Shown here piece after piece: positions 47,647 through 61,758 of a stretch of 64,000 nucleotides of DNA. The stretch lies in assembly GCA_964106645.2 (NCBI GenBank), contig OZ067038.1. One strand, 5' to 3'. Position 1 is the stretch's first letter. Every line of letters starts with the position of its first letter. Under the pieces are notes generated by a model that saw only the letters and a program-made list of their open reading frames with translations, was not told the DNA's origin and searched no databases. Origin of the DNA: Podarcis pityusensis. Its lineage: Eukaryota. Position numbers and translations under genes: made by a program.

Positions 47647-50600
47647 AGAACTGTCAGTACAGTGGACCATAAGTGTAGGTCACACATCCTTCCTAAGGGT
47701 TCTTTATCCCCTCCTCCCTTTGTTGTTGTTTTTCTAATTGATATGGGCTTGATGTCCTTGGATAACCTGCTTTGGCATCCCACTGGACCAACCTTGGCTA
47801 AGGAGTCCTGGCCCTTCTCACTGCGCTTGGCAGAACTGACCTGATGCCACTGAGAGACTATAGGTACCCCTTCACCTAGGTAGCTTGTGTGCCAAGAAGC
47901 TAACAAGGTAATTTATAACACGAACTCTGAAAGTGGTGGACTTCCTGTATAATCTACGGCAGTCTCTTGGGGCTTCCAGATGATACTCTTCTGCACAGAT
48001 TGAGAATACGTTGTAAAAAAACACGATTTTTATGTAGCATTGTGTGGGTGTGCAATTCAAAAGGGGGGAGAGCGAAAATTGTTACTGGACCCTTGTAACG
48101 CCTCATGTCTGCCTAAAACTGATTCACAGCCTCAAATCTAGACCTGTACATAGTTCATTTTCCATTACAGTCAAAAGAATCGGGATAAATGGCTGATGTG
48201 TGCGTGATTTGATGGATAGATTCTGATCAGTGGGTTTCTCCACCCTTTCAGCTGCTAGATCCAAGATACTGTGCAGGGTCTTTTGTTACTACACAGAACA
48301 ATATATGTGTTCTGACAGCAATATGGTTCTTATAGATATAATTGTCTAATGGAACATGAAGAGAGCTGTGGTGTTCATATTGGAGAGGGGTGGGGAGAAT
48401 CCAATTTTGCTCCTGATTGGATGGACAAAGCAATTTTTAAAATTTGTGTGAGGGGGAACCTCTTGGATTATGTTGATCAGGGTAGCCAATGAACATCCAT
48501 CCCCCCTCTCCGAATATTCCTGAACTACAGCTCCCATCATCCCTTATTATTGGCTGTGCTGGCTTGGGCTGATGGTTGTTGAAGTCCAACAACATCTGGC
48601 GGGCAACACATTGGAGATACCTACTACAGATCTTCTCAGAAAACAGATGGCGTAAAAGCAAAAGCTTGTGTCACAACAGCTGACACTTAAATTCTGGTAA
48701 TTAGATCATGAAAGAGAACTACAGAATAGTTATTCGTAGGTTGTGGGAAGGTGCTCAGGTTATCACAAGCTTAGTTGAAACACATCTCTCCAGTAGAGAG
48801 ATTTAGAAATAAGGAGATAGCAGTTGAAATGCAGTGTTTTGCTCTGAGCTTAGGCGAGGAATTCTGATTACCCCTAGGCAATTTTTCAGTAGACAAAAAT
48901 GGATCCACCCCCACCCCCCCAGTTGTTGAACGGCTGTTTACAGCTAGGAAAGCTAAGTGAATGTTTTATGAGCAAAGCCTTATGGGGCAGCTGCTGTTTG
49001 GAAAGGAAGGCAAAAATTACATTTTTTGTTTTTGTTTTTGCAAAGCACTCGCCTTGAAGTGATTAAAGGACATTTTGGGGTCCACAGATAAAATGTTGAT
49101 CGTAAATAAAGCCGCCACCAATTGCACACAAATAGCAGCATTTTACTCTGAGCCTATGTGTGGGTCTCCTTCAAATTAGGTGGCTTTCTAAACGTGCCGT
49201 GTGGCATTTCCTGTTCAGCCTCTGTTTTACATGATATAGTGCTTGTGGTATGCGAAATGTTACGGGTTACCATAGCAACAGATAGCTGGCCTGCACTGAG
49301 GAAGGAAATGCTACCGTCAAGATGTCTTGAACTGGGAAACGGCTGAAACTGTAGCAAAGGTATCATATTATTGGCCTGTATTACACACTTTGGAGACTCT
49401 CCCCAACACATCTAGGGTGTCCATTCTAATGTCTGAATCTGGCAAGTGGTACATTAAATGTTCGTTTTTTAGTATTTTAAAGGACTGCAAGGCTTCCATG
49501 CTACACTTCTCTGCTTTGACTTGAAAAACAAAGCTGAATTGTCAATAGGCGACATTCCTGGCATTTTCCTATTATGTATTATTTCCTATTATTCACATAT
49601 AAGAGAGAGTTGTCATGTCTTTGCAGTATACATATAATACTTAGATTTGGTTTCTTATTCCCAATAACTAATTTGCAGTAGGTCACTCTCAAGGTTAAAA
49701 TCAGTATTCTATTGAAGCATCCTTAATGGGCTAGGTAAGTTGTCCCTGGCTTGATTTCAGAGAGTTCAAGATACTTCTAGGTATGCAGGGAAAATTCTCT
49801 TCCACATTTAGGAGGTGCTTTGCCTCTGCATGCCAGTTGCTGCGGGGGCACAAGCAGGGAGAACCCAACAGCCCTGCTTAACCATAGTTTATTAGGCTGC
49901 CATGCCCAGGTGCTCACCAAGCTAACAAAGGCACAAGCAGATAGAAAATAATCCAAACCTTGGAGAAACTACCTGTGGTTTGTTGGTTGGTTGGTTTGCT
50001 TATCGGTGAGATGACTTTTAGTTTGTTGAAAAAACCATGGTTAAAACAAACCATGGCTTAATCAGGACCATCCATGCAGTGTCCATGGGAGCACTGGCAG
50101 AGACCTTCCCTGGCAGTCATAGGGCCCCCCCCAGCCCTAAAAAAATTAGACTTGAAGGAAATATTCATCTGTAGCTAATACAATAGATTACACTGTATTC
50201 TGGGTTGATTTGTGTGAGTGGTGCCCATAAGAGTTCCTCCAGCATGCAGATGGGGCAGTGGCCAAAAAAGATTGGCATTGCCTGTGTCCAGATGCAGCCA
50301 CTGCGTGCTATGGATTATACTGTGAAAACAGTGAAGCTAAAATATTAAGTTTAAGAAAGTGCTACAATGCTATCCTTACTGTGTGGTTTATTATATACAT
50401 GTTGTCTCTGTGTTGGATTTGGTTTGTGGCATGTGCTTGTTTTTCGTTTTGCCAGCACCCATTTTCTTAAAATATTTGAAAATAGCACATATAGAAATAT
50501 GGTTGTACTGCTTTAGTATTCAGTCAACTATGCACAATGTTTCGTCAGCTATGAGGCCAACAAGGGTTGTCTTATTATTATTATTTTAATGGCATTAGTA

Positions 50601-52028
50601 TTCCAAGCAGCAAAATCCCTGGTTGGAGAAATGTCAAAATGATGATTGCTCATTAGCAAATAGAATACAGATGTTATGTTCATTTTGCCCAACTGCTTCA
50701 CATAAACACCTTCAGGAAGTGACTGGTAGAAGATGGAAAATATGATCATCTAATAGAGCACCAAACATGTCTGTACTGGTAAGTGAAAGTTTACCAGGCA
50801 GTAGTATCGTAAGCCTGGTGGGCTTTAAAATGCAGTTGGAACAAATTGTGTGCCACATCCCAAAGATGTTGCTTGTCTAGAGAGTTATTTTTAAGGGTAC
50901 TTCCTTGCTTTGATTTTATATTAACTTCCTGCCAAAATTGTATATTGGATATGTCTAGATGCATGTTTTCCCCTAAAAATTCTATTTGTTAATAGAATAC
51001 TGGATGGTACCCAACTAAATACTTCCATTAGCACAAAGACTTTCATCTGTGCCATGGAACTCTCCTTTCCTTTTGCCCACCCATGCCCCATAATCTGTTC
51101 TTGGGTGGGGGGAGGTAACCCTCCAAAGCAGATTTATGGGGGCCACAAAGAATGGTGAGGGCAAGGAATTTCTATGGCACAGCAAAATGTGTTTGCAGAA
51201 CTGTTTAGTTGGCCACTGCCCTCTGGGTTTAAAGAGCTTAAAGTATAGATTGGGGAGACCAGGGAGATGCTTAAAAATTGTGATGAAGTCTTCAAACTGC
51301 TAAGTGCACATATGTGAAGGGATAATTTGACGTCTCAAAACAGGGTGGCCATTTATGCCGTATTTTGTGTAAATCCACTGTTTAAACACAATAATTCTGA
51401 TCAAGATCCCACGTAGATTTGTAGGCTTGTTTTAGTACCACAAAATATGCACTTACATCTCAATTGTGTACAGTTAGGCTTAGTTACCCTATATCTTGGT
51501 TATCATAGAATTAATTCTGCATATGTGTCCCATTAGTGCAGCAGCTATATAATACTGTGTAAAAAAAACAAACCCCATACACTGTTCTGCCCCCACATTT
51601 TTCCTTACCTCCCCTTCCTCTGTTGACTCCCCTGTTCAAATTTTATATAATAAATTTCTTGGATCAGGGACCTGTCCTCTTTTAACTTTGTAGAGCAACA
51701 TGCACACTGAAACATCAAGGGACACTTTTCGTCTCACATGATTTTAAACATTTTTATGGGTTTTGCTGAAAATTCGTGCCATAATATCTAACATATTCAA
51801 AGCAATTCCCCATTTTTTTCTGGGGGACTCTCCTTCCTACCCTAGAGATTACCTTGTGAAGCTGAAAACATTACCTCTCTGGCCCCCCTGTCCCAAAATA
51901 CATAGTAGCTATTGAAGGGCTTAGAGCACACACAGGGTTTGATTCACACTTGATGGGCTACCTGTTCAATGAACTGCTGTTGTTGAAAAAGTATTGTGTT
52001 TGAGTTGACACTGTGTAATATGAAAGTT

Positions 52029-52498
52029 GCCAACAAAGGTCTGTATAGTTAAAGCCATGGTTTTCCCAGTAGTGATGTATGGAAGTGAGAGCTGGACCAT
52101 AAAGAAGGCTGATCGCCGAAGAATTGATGCTTTTGAATTATGGTGCTGGAGGAGACTCTTGAGAGTCCCATGGACTGCAAGAAGATCAAACATATCCATT
52201 CTTCAGGAAATCAGCCCTGAGTGCTCACTGGGAGGACAGATCCTGAAGCTGAGACTCCAGTACTTTGGCCACCTCATGAGAAGAGAAGACTCCCTGGAAA
52301 AGACCCTGATGTTGGGAAAGATGGAGGGCACAAGAAGAAGGGGACGACAGAGGACGAGATGGTTGGACGGTGTCCTCGAAGCTACAAACATGAGTCTGAC
52401 CAAACTGCGGGAGGCAGTGGAAGACAGGAGGGCCTGGCGTGCTCTGGTCCATGGGGTCACGAAGAGTCGGACACGACTAAACGACTAAACAACAACAA
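52029..52498 (+). mobile_element. Bov-B (RTE clade) LINE, 5'-truncated
   Basis: Uninterrupted ORF KAMVFPVVMYGSESWTIKKADRRRIDAFELWCWRRLLRVPWTARR...LVHGVTKSRTRLND, (CAA)n tail and 12-bp TSD aatatgaaagtt. Confidence 0.96.
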
Positions 52499-54837
52499 AA
52501 TATGAAAGTTATGTTTCTGGTGATCCGTGGTGTGTCATTTGTGCATTGAAGGTGTTTTTTGTTGCTGCTGTTGATGGATGGTCATATGTTTGTGAGCCAG
52601 CCCTTAGACCGGTGCTGAAAATTTTGACCAGCTAGATCAACACAAACACTTGAAGAGCATCTTTCTTTTCACAGCCATGATTTGGAATGTACACACCAGA
52701 AACCTCTTAGTCAAAGGAGCTGTTTGCTCCCTCTTTTGCCTTGCTGCAAGTGACACACAGGCAGAGTCCCAATTTGGAGTCTGTTAAATGAACTCAAGTC
52801 ACTTATTTTCTGTTTAGTTGTTGTGGCAGCAGGACCAGTGGATGTAAAAAATTTAGCCAAACAAAAGACCCAAGCCCTGCCTTGTTCATGCTGCTCAGAA
52901 ATAGTGCTTGAGGTTGCAGAATAATGGCCTTTGGAATAAAAGCTTCTGGGTGACCGGTCTTTCTGCATAGTTTTTTAGAAATAATGAGCCTTTCATTGCT
53001 GTTTAAGCCGTGAACAAACTTTCAGCCTAAATTACAATAAAAGGAATAAAGGTGCTTTAACGGGATAAATTACAATTTTTTCCTCTGAAAACCACAAAAT
53101 GGTTACAGTAGGAGGCAGCTGTGGCTGTGTTGTGTTGGATGTCTTTAGGGCCCATGATTATTTTGAAAAAATGCACTAAAAGAAAGAAGACTGTATAAAT
53201 ATTTCCAAGGGACATCTGCCTGTGATGTTTATTTTATTATATTTATGTCCCACCTTTCTTAAATCATGTAACTCAAGGCAGCATGCATAGGCCATATTTG
53301 TATGTAACACTAAACCATTGTTTAGTGTTACGGACATGAGCTGGCACAAACTCAAGAAAAGCATTCACTTTCAGTTTTCCAACAAATTTCAATTTGTTGA
53401 GTGGAAATGGGGGTTGTGCTTTGTCACAAATTCTGGTAAGTTCAGCAAGAACCCGTGCATGGTTTGAAGTTGGCTTCATTTTTGAAAATGGCATCCCCAT
53501 CAAATTCTCCCCTAAATTTCCACTGTAATATCAAGGAACCGTGGCAAACAGTCAATTTCCTCCCCACCAGCACCCAGTTATATAGAGCAGGGATGGGGAA
53601 ATATCCCTGCAAGCTGTCCTTAATGTCACGAGGGAGATGTGAATGTCATCTCCAGCCACTTCTTTGTGTCATGAAAATCATGTGGTTCAGTACAGAGCTT
53701 ATACACTTATTGCCAGAAGCTTGGTCAAATACTTGCTGGATCCAGGTAATTGTCAGTCATGTTTCTGAAACCTTTAAATTGTTCTTGCTTTGAACCTTGA
53801 TAAATGGGAGAGAGAGAGAGTGCGCGCGAGAGCGCTTTGCTAATATTTGAGAAATAATTTCAAATGCTGTTGGGCTGGGCTTTGTTGTAGTAGTAGTAGT
53901 AGTTGTAAAAAATAATAATGAGGTACCAGTACTTATATGTACTCATTAAGTGCTGTGCATGCCAGCACAAAATGACTGTGATGGACAGCAAGAAAAGAAA
54001 AGAGGGGTGATGGTACTCCTCAGCAGTGTGTACACAAAAAAGCCCTGATTATAAACCTGGCCACTGCAACCCAGCTGCTAGATCTGAGTGAATCACTATA
54101 GCGTCTTAATATCTGTAATACTTCTATATTTGAGCTAAATAATGTCATGGATGAACTGAGACCAGCCAAAGCAAAGAGATGACAGTAGAATGAAGACGTT
54201 GGTAGGCTTTTACCCGTTTAAGCTCTTGCATAAAGTAAGGAAGAAAAAGGCCTCTGGCAGTTCAGTGAGAGACATCATTTCCAAAGAGCACTTAGTGCTG
54301 CCTAGCAAAATATGCTGGGGTTTTCTTTTCTTTTCTTTTTCTGTTGTGCTTATAGATTAGAGAGAATAGAAGGAGGTGGGAAAGAATTGCTAGGTCATTT
54401 CCGTTGGTAGTCAGATGACATAGGGATGGGTGGGCAACACAGGAGAGGCCTATTTTATGTGTTTCTCTCTCTATATATATATATATATATGATAAATGAG
54501 TAGAAAGGATGTAGGACCATGACCTTGTGTTCAGTGTGATGTCTGGAAAAAGAAGTCTACATATGAAAGTTCCTTCAGGTGTTATGCTAAACATACAGGT
54601 GTTGAGGACAGCGCAGCAGGGCTAGCAAGCAAGGACACAATCCCACTTTTCACACATTCAGTATACAGATGGGAACAAGCATCTGAATGGGCTCTTGCAT
54701 GGCTGGATGGTGTGACCTAAGGTTTGTTCTCCAAAGGTCTCGGATTTTCACTGTCATGAAAATGTGAAAAGGAAACCAATGTGTACACAGTTGCCTTAAC
54801 AGATCATTGTATTGGATAAGTCTTCCTCAACCTCATA

Positions 54838-54960
54838 CAGAATCACAGACTCGTAGAGTTGGAAGTATGAGGGTCGCCTAGTCCATCCCCCTGCAACGCA
54901 GGAATATTTCACCCAATATGGGGCTCAAACCCACAGCCGTAAGAGTCTCGCGCTCTACAC
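54838..54960 (-). mobile_element. Squam2-like tRNA/CR1-tail SINE, degenerate
   Basis: Similar to 15881-16012. Confidence 0.65.
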
Positions 54961-55134
54961 CTCCCATTACCCTCAGCCAGCATGGCCATTTGTTGGGAAT
55001 GATGGGAACGACAGTCCAAAACATCTGGAGCACGCTTGGTGGGGAAAGTCTCTCCTAAAGTATGCTGAAGCTTCTGGAGGAACACTTGTGAAAGGATATC
55101 CTTGTCACAACAATCCATGCCGTGGTAACCCCAC

Positions 55135-55440
55135 ACCTGGGCTACTGCAATGCACACTATTTGAGGGTGCCCTTCAATTCAGAAGCTGCAGCTGGTGCAG
55201 AATGCTGCTGTCTGGTTATTGAACGGCACACCGTTTGAGTCACATTACACCTATTCTTAGTGATCTGCTGTGACTGCCTATTTGTTTCTGTGCCCAGTTT
55301 AAGGTATTGCAATTGACTTAATAAAAAATTTAATGGCTCAGGGCCCCAATACCCGACAGCATGTGCCAGCCCGGCCCTTGTGATCATCCTTTCTAGGATG
55401 CTTCTGCCAGGTGAAGCCTTCTCAGCTGTGCTGCTCTCTG
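55135..55440 (+). mobile_element. Old L2 ORF2 fragment
   Basis: Degenerate motifs YCNA, QKLQLVQNAA, HITPIL and AQFKVL with frameshifts. Confidence 0.75.
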
Positions 55441-55950
55441 CTCTTGAAGTCCATCAGAAACCATATTTACTCCATTTTCGTTTGACTCCAACCTTCAAGA
55501 TTTATTGAGATAGTTGCTAGTTAGGCTCAGGAAAATTTGGTTTGTGAACAGTGTGGGATCATTTACTTGCTGCTGTTTTTAAGGCTAAAGATGACTTTCT
55601 AATTTTATTTTCCTCTGTTAATGCATTTCCCAGTGTTGACATGTCAAGTGCTTTGTTAGTTTTGAATTAAGAGCAGTTCATAAATGAAGGTAAACAAACA
55701 AACACCCGTACTCTTCCTGCATGGTAGCCTATAGCTCATCAACCTATTACTTTACTCAGTCTGCCACAGCTTCTAACCCCAAACCTTCCAGGCAGCTGAC
55801 CAAAATTCCTGAGCAAAGCAGAACGAAGAATATTTCCCCTTGGAAAGCAAAGAAGTCAATGGTTACTTGGGATACCCAGGCACTTGCATTGGTATTTGCC
55901 AAAGCTTCCTGTCATAGACTTGCAGACTGCAACTCTGCCCAACCAGCAGG

Positions 55951-56265
55951 CAGAGGTTTTCAACCTTTTTGAGTCCACGGCTCCCTTAACCAACTACATT
56001 CTTTCTGCGGCAACTCTGTGGGGCTCAGGAACCCAGTTGTGTCACCTCTTGCCTGCAGAGCTGGCAGCCTCTCACCCTTTGAAAAACACCCTCCCTAGTT
56101 GAGGCCTCCTCTCCTCTCCTTTGGGAGGCAGAGATGTGAGAGGGCATCAGAGGAGGGAGGGAGGGAAGGCAGGAAAGAGAGACAGAGACCAGTGTTGCCT
56201 GTGGCACCCCTGACCATCATTCAAGGCATCCCAGGATGCCACGGTACATTGGTTGAAAACCACAG
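55951..56265. mobile_element. hAT element, second copy of the 3573 family
   Basis: Same termini and subterminal sequence with a shorter interior. Confidence 0.82.
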
Positions 56266-56488
56266 CAGTAGTGGCTTCAGATGAGTTTCCGTCTCAGAAA
56301 ACAACAAACTCCACAGCCAGCACTCAGCTAGCCACAATGAATCTCAAGTGTGCCAGAGGAGCCGGTACAGTTGAGGGAAACCATACTGCTTCCTTTGTGC
56401 CAATGGCATTGCTGCCACTTACTGTAGAGTTGCCGTATTTTGAAGAGCAAAAAAGAGGATGCATTTGCTGACTTCTACTTTTAACTGT

Positions 56489-56840
56489 GGGACGCGGGTG
56501 GCGCTGTGGTATAAACCACAGAGCCTAGGGCTTGCTGATCAGAAGATTGGCGCTTCGAAACCCTGTGACGGGGTGAGATCCCGTTGCTCGGTCCCAGCTC
56601 CTGACCACCTAGCAGTTCGAAAGCACTTCAAGTGCAAGTAGATAAATAGGTACCACTCCAGTGGGAAGGTGAACGGCATTTCTGTGCGCTGCTCTGGTTC
56701 GCCAGGAGCGGCTTAGTCATGCTGGCCACATAACCTGGAAGCTGTTTGCGGACAAACGCCGGCTCCCTCAGCCTATGAGCGCCGCAACCCCAGCGTCGTC
56801 CGCGACTGGACCTAATGGTCAGGGGTACCTTTACCTTTTT
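56489..56840 (+). mobile_element. Sauria SINE
   Basis: Full length; TSD cttttaact. Confidence 0.92.
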
Positions 56841-57197
56841 GCTTTTAACTATGGATCATTATGACAACTCTCATTTTGCACACCCATGAAACAGAGGACA
56901 CATGGCAACCCCAAGTCTTCCTGGCACTGTGTAGAGGTGGGACAGGGCAGCAGTAAAGTCAGGGCTGTGTGGGCACAATGATGGGAATGCCTGCTGGCCT
57001 CCACTGATGTGCCCAACTTCACTGTCACCTTGCCCTCCCCCACCCTAGTATGGGGCAGCATTGCTCCTTTCAGGAGGTTAGCACCACACCACTACGCCAG
57101 ACACTCCTTTCCATGCTCAGATCTTTTCTCTCCAATAAGCTATGCACCTGCACAACCCCCAATGTATGTCCTCTGCATTTGTTCCAGTCTCCCTGGA

Positions 57198-57450
57198 AGT
57201 ATAGCGTAGTGGTTAAGAGCGGTAGACTTGTAATCTGGTGAACCGGGTTTGATTCCCTGCTCCTCCACATGCAGCTGCTGGGTGACCTTGGGCTAGTCAC
57301 ACTTCTCTGAAGTCTCTCAGCCCCACTCACCTCACAGAGTGTTTGTTGTGGGGGAGGAAGGGAAAGGAGATTGTTAGCCTCTTTGAGACTCCTTACGGTA
57401 GTGATAAAGCGGGATATCAAATCCAAACACTTCTACTTCTTCTATTTCTT
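57198..57450 (+). mobile_element. tRNA-derived SINE (Squam3-like)
   Basis: Reverse complement of the 45464 copy with a (CTT)n-like tail. Confidence 0.87.
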
Positions 57451-60041
57451 CCTCCCTACGAGGGACCAGGCAAACCCCTCTCCCAGCCCCGACTTACAAA
57501 CGAACGGGAAGAGGTTGTGCTCCCTTTTGAAAGCGGCGACTTGAAGGGGGAATCATTTACCGAGTCTTACCATTCATTGAGCCACCCACCCACATATCCC
57601 AGCTTGGGATACCATACTTCCACTATTGCAAGGAATTGCCCTGTGCTAAAAGCTGGCAACATACCAGTAACATTGGAGCACCTCCAAATCTCTTGGAACA
57701 GTCAACCGTTGTTTGCCAAGGTTTTATTCATAACATTTCAGATGGCCAATTGTTTTGCTCAGGGAATTTGCTTACAATTTGAAAGTTAAGGGATTTAGGG
57801 GCCAAATAATGGAAGTAGTGTCAGTCATCCTGCCTGTGCGCTAAGCACTGTTCGTTATCACGTCTTGGATTACGCATAGGAAAGCACAGGCATATTGCGG
57901 TGATTTTCACACTTGGATGGAAATAAACTGGTCTGAAGGAAGCATCTTCTCCTTTTCATCTATATTTAGGTATGCAACAGACTTCTGTGGCAATTAAAAA
58001 AAAATATTGATACAGCATCCAAAATAGAACCTTCCTTGGTTAGCGCTGAAATGTGTTTTTGAGTCATTATTTATAAACCTAAGCTGTAATTTTCGGCGAC
58101 TCGTAAGGGATTTAATATTTATCCATGTTTCCATATTGCTGAAAGTTTTCACTGAAGCTCTGAATATTCTAATCAAAATAAACTCCCAACCTCGTAAAAC
58201 AACAAACCTAAATTGCCCGGTGCTTGTTAATTTGAAGTTCATGAGCTGAAACTAGTGCACAGCTGTGCAAATCCTGTTATGTTTAAATAATGTTGCAGTG
58301 TGTTGAAAATGGTCACTTTCCTAGGGCATTCTTCTCGACTTCCTAAATGGAATTTTCTGTGAGAAGGAGGGACGTGGTGTGTGTGTGTGTGTATGTGAGA
58401 GAGAGAGAGAGAGAACACAACTGCACATCTTTTCTGAGTGCAGTTTACTCTGACTTGCAAAAGCTTTCTAAGCTTTGCTACTTAAGGCCTTCTCAAGTAA
58501 GAGGTGGAGAACCTATGCCCTCACAGATGTTGTTGGACTCCAACGCTCATCATCCCAGACTATTAGCTGGTGCTTGCTTGGACTGATGGGAGCTGGGAGT
58601 CTGGCAACATCTGGAGGGCCCATCCCTGTTATGTGGAGATGCCACAGACTGAATTTGGGATCTCTATAAAAATATGTGCTGTACCACTAATCTATAGGCC
58701 CTCCAATGGTTCTCATTTGCAATAGGTAGAAAGCAGCAAACCACAACATATGGTAGTGGGGGAATCTTACCTTAAAACTTGCCTCCAACAATACTGATTT
58801 CACAACAATAAAAATCTGATTTTAGGTGTGGGTGTGGAGATTATGACCTAGTTCTCACATAACACTAAGTTTAGCGTGAATGTGTGGGTTCACGGAGAGG
58901 AGATTTCAGGCACTTTGCTCCTCATGCACCCCGTGGGTTCTGTGTCTAAGTACTCTTGTGACCCACTTGGTACGAAAAGTTGGAATTTCCCTGAGATAGA
59001 AGGACCAACCGGCCTACTCAGGGTTAGGCAGCTCCCTATTTAGGAGAGGGAGGGTGCCTCTTCAGTAAAGCAAGCACTGAGAAGATGAACTCTTTTAACT
59101 GTTGGTTTCAAGCAGCAGGGTGTTTAGATTAAACAAGGCAAGTCCACATCCAAGGCAAGTACAGTATTTTATGTACCTAGTGGCTTTAACATTCTGAATC
59201 CTGTTAAACCTGTTGGTGAAATGAGAGCCCTCAGTCCCTATTATCTCCCATGCCCAACTGTGTTGCTACGGATTTTATTTGAATCACATAGCAACAGTGC
59301 TTTATTTCCCCAGGGCTTGCCTTATAAAACACAAAATTTCACCTGGTGACACCAAGCCGCAGTCCCCAGGAACAGATTATACCTGGCTTCATTCTGTAGA
59401 CACTAGGAAGAGAAATCTGTAAAGGGTTTTTGCCCTGTTTGGTGACCTACTCTTTCTGCCAGATTTTCCTAAATTGCAGTCATTGCTTTCAGATTTAATC
59501 CTGTAACCCAAAACGTACAAAATAAAAAGACTTGGAAGGGTGGAGGTGGTTTGTGCCTCTGCACCTACAGATTCCTTTAATTGATAGGCAAGCTTCTACT
59601 GATCAGATCTCAGGGTATATAACTGGTCACCACCTGAGACAAAGCATATGTGGGGAAAATGTGCAGCTAAACAATGTGAGGAGAGCAATAAATTATCAGA
59701 AACAATCCAGAAATGTAGGAAGGAGTTCAGCAATATTGTGTTAGAAATATTCTGTTAGCGCAAGAATGTCTTCTTGCCCAGTGGAACAACTTCCCCTCTC
59801 CTCCCCCCACACATTGTTCTGAGGGATTCTCCTGACTCCCCCCAAGTTGATTTGGAAGATGCAGGGGGGCGGGGGGCGGGGAGCCTTGTTCTGCAATAAG
59901 TCCTTGCATGGGGCTATCATGACCAGTTATTTGAATCCAGGTTTGTAATTTAGGGTTGTAATCAACTAAGTCCTGCTTAGAGTAGACCCGTTGGAATTAA
60001 TCAGCCTCACTTAGTTATGCCCATTAACTTCAATGGATGTA

Positions 60042-60301
60042 CCGTATTTTTTGCTCTATAAGACTCACTTTTTCTCTCCTAAAAAGTAAGGGGAAATGTG
60101 TGTGCATCTTACGGAGCGAATGCAGGCTGTGCAGCTATCCCAGAAGCCAGAACAGCAAGAAGGATTGCTGCTTTCACTGCGCAGCGATCTCTCTTGCTGT
60201 TCTGGCTTCTGAGATTCAGAATATATTTTTTTCTTGTTTTCCTCCTCCAAAAATTAGGTGCGTCTTGTGGTCTGGTGCGTCTTATAGAGCAAAAAATACG
60301 G
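60042..60301 (+). mobile_element. Tc2/pogo-like MITE with internal hairpin
   Basis: Perfect 23-bp TIR ccgtattttttgctctataagac and TA TSD. Subterminal sequence shared with the 39249 element. Confidence 0.9.
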
Positions 60302-61381
60302 TACTCTGCATAGCATTCAGTAACACCCGTAGCTTTATCACACAGGGTGGCTGTAGCATGGTGGTTATTTGAGCCAACAACTATGTTGAGATTATTCACC
60401 ATGGCCAGCTGCTCATGAGAAGCCCTTTCCTCATGGTGCCAACCCAATGGTTTCCTGCATTTTTCAGTCATGTTAAATTCACCCAGAATTGCCTGGGGAG
60501 CAGGTGCCACGAGGGCAAAATGGTCTTCACCCAGTTGCATTTTGAAGCAGCAGCCACACCGCTGGTTGCAGAATGAGGGCAAACAGCAGATAGCCTGTTT
60601 ATCTCCAAAAATCTTTCCAGTGCCCCCAACAGCCTTTCTCGATTTGCAGTATTATTTTTTTAGTAAAACATTTCATTTTTGCACAGATTGCGGCAAGGAT
60701 GTTTTACTAATTAAGGAAGACTAGAGTGATGCTCTTGGTGACAGGTGATATATTTTACCCAGACAATGCAAAACTCACTTCTAACACATTTGCCAGGCTA
60801 GAGGAAATGCTTCTGAAGGATTGAAAAGGACACAGGAGACGGTGAGTCATGTCTCCAACGATCTGGTGAGAGCTTTGCTGTTCCAAAGTATCGGATAGCA
60901 GGTTAGGTTAGCTTTTGTATAGCAGAAAAGGCTGAATTAGCACAATCAAAGCAAAGTTGCTTGATTGTAAATATTTTAGAGCTCTTCATTGTACACTGAG
61001 ATTTTCCTACCCCCTACTGGACATACAAAGAAACAGGCCAGTCAATGTTTCCAGGAATGGCAACCGCCGTCTTTCATTAGATAATTTAAGTAATTTGAAA
61101 GTTACCATACTGCTTCGCCTTGAAAGGGTCACTAGATTAGTAGGTCCTCTGTTGTGCTGAGGTCCTTTCAGAGTGCATTTCATTTTCTCATGAGCCTGAA
61201 TGCTGAAGATTAGCATTCAGAAAGGGTAGACTTAAGAGTGTTAAGGTTAATGCATTGTCAGTTCTCTTCATTTTACGCTAAGAAACTTTTTTTTATCAAA
61301 ATGATAGTTGAGCAATATTTGGATTGGATTTAATAGACAAACATGCTTTTATTTTCAATAAAATAACATAATCGTCCTGGC

Positions 61382-61758
61382 TGTTAGGCCTGGAAGACCT
61401 GCTCCCTGCCTTCCTGGCTTTTTTCACCTGGCCTGAGAGGGTGGGGCCCGGACTGACTCCAGCTACAAAAGCTGAGGCGGCTAAACAGACTCTTGGGTTT
61501 GGGTATTGTTTGGGGGGTTTTGTTGGGGTGCGCTGGGTTCTGCATCTGTTGTTATTTCCCCAATTGTTTAAAATGTTTTGAGTGGCTTTTAACGGCTTTT
61601 TAACTTGCGTGTTTTTAAATTTGAGGGTTTTGATTTTTGAATTGGGGGGCGCAGGATGCGCCTGGAGGAGAGAGTGGGGGTAACCACAATCACAGTGGTT
61701 CTGGGCAAGAGGAGGGATAGTGGAGTAATGGGGTAGGCCAGGTAAGGGGCACACAACA
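61382..61758. mobile_element. Possible solo LTR
   Basis: TGTT...AACA termini, flanks ctggc / caggc (4 of 5 match) and distinct G/T-rich composition. Confidence 0.35.

Noticed and set aside
50281-50345. ccag|ATGCAGCCACTGCG as the FOXN3 alternative DPDIDAASAMM exon
   Set aside because: Translation (DAATACYGL) does not match and there is no suitable polypyrimidine tract.
52027-52488. 153-aa ORF as a host gene
   Set aside because: It is the truncated C-terminus of the Bov-B ORF.
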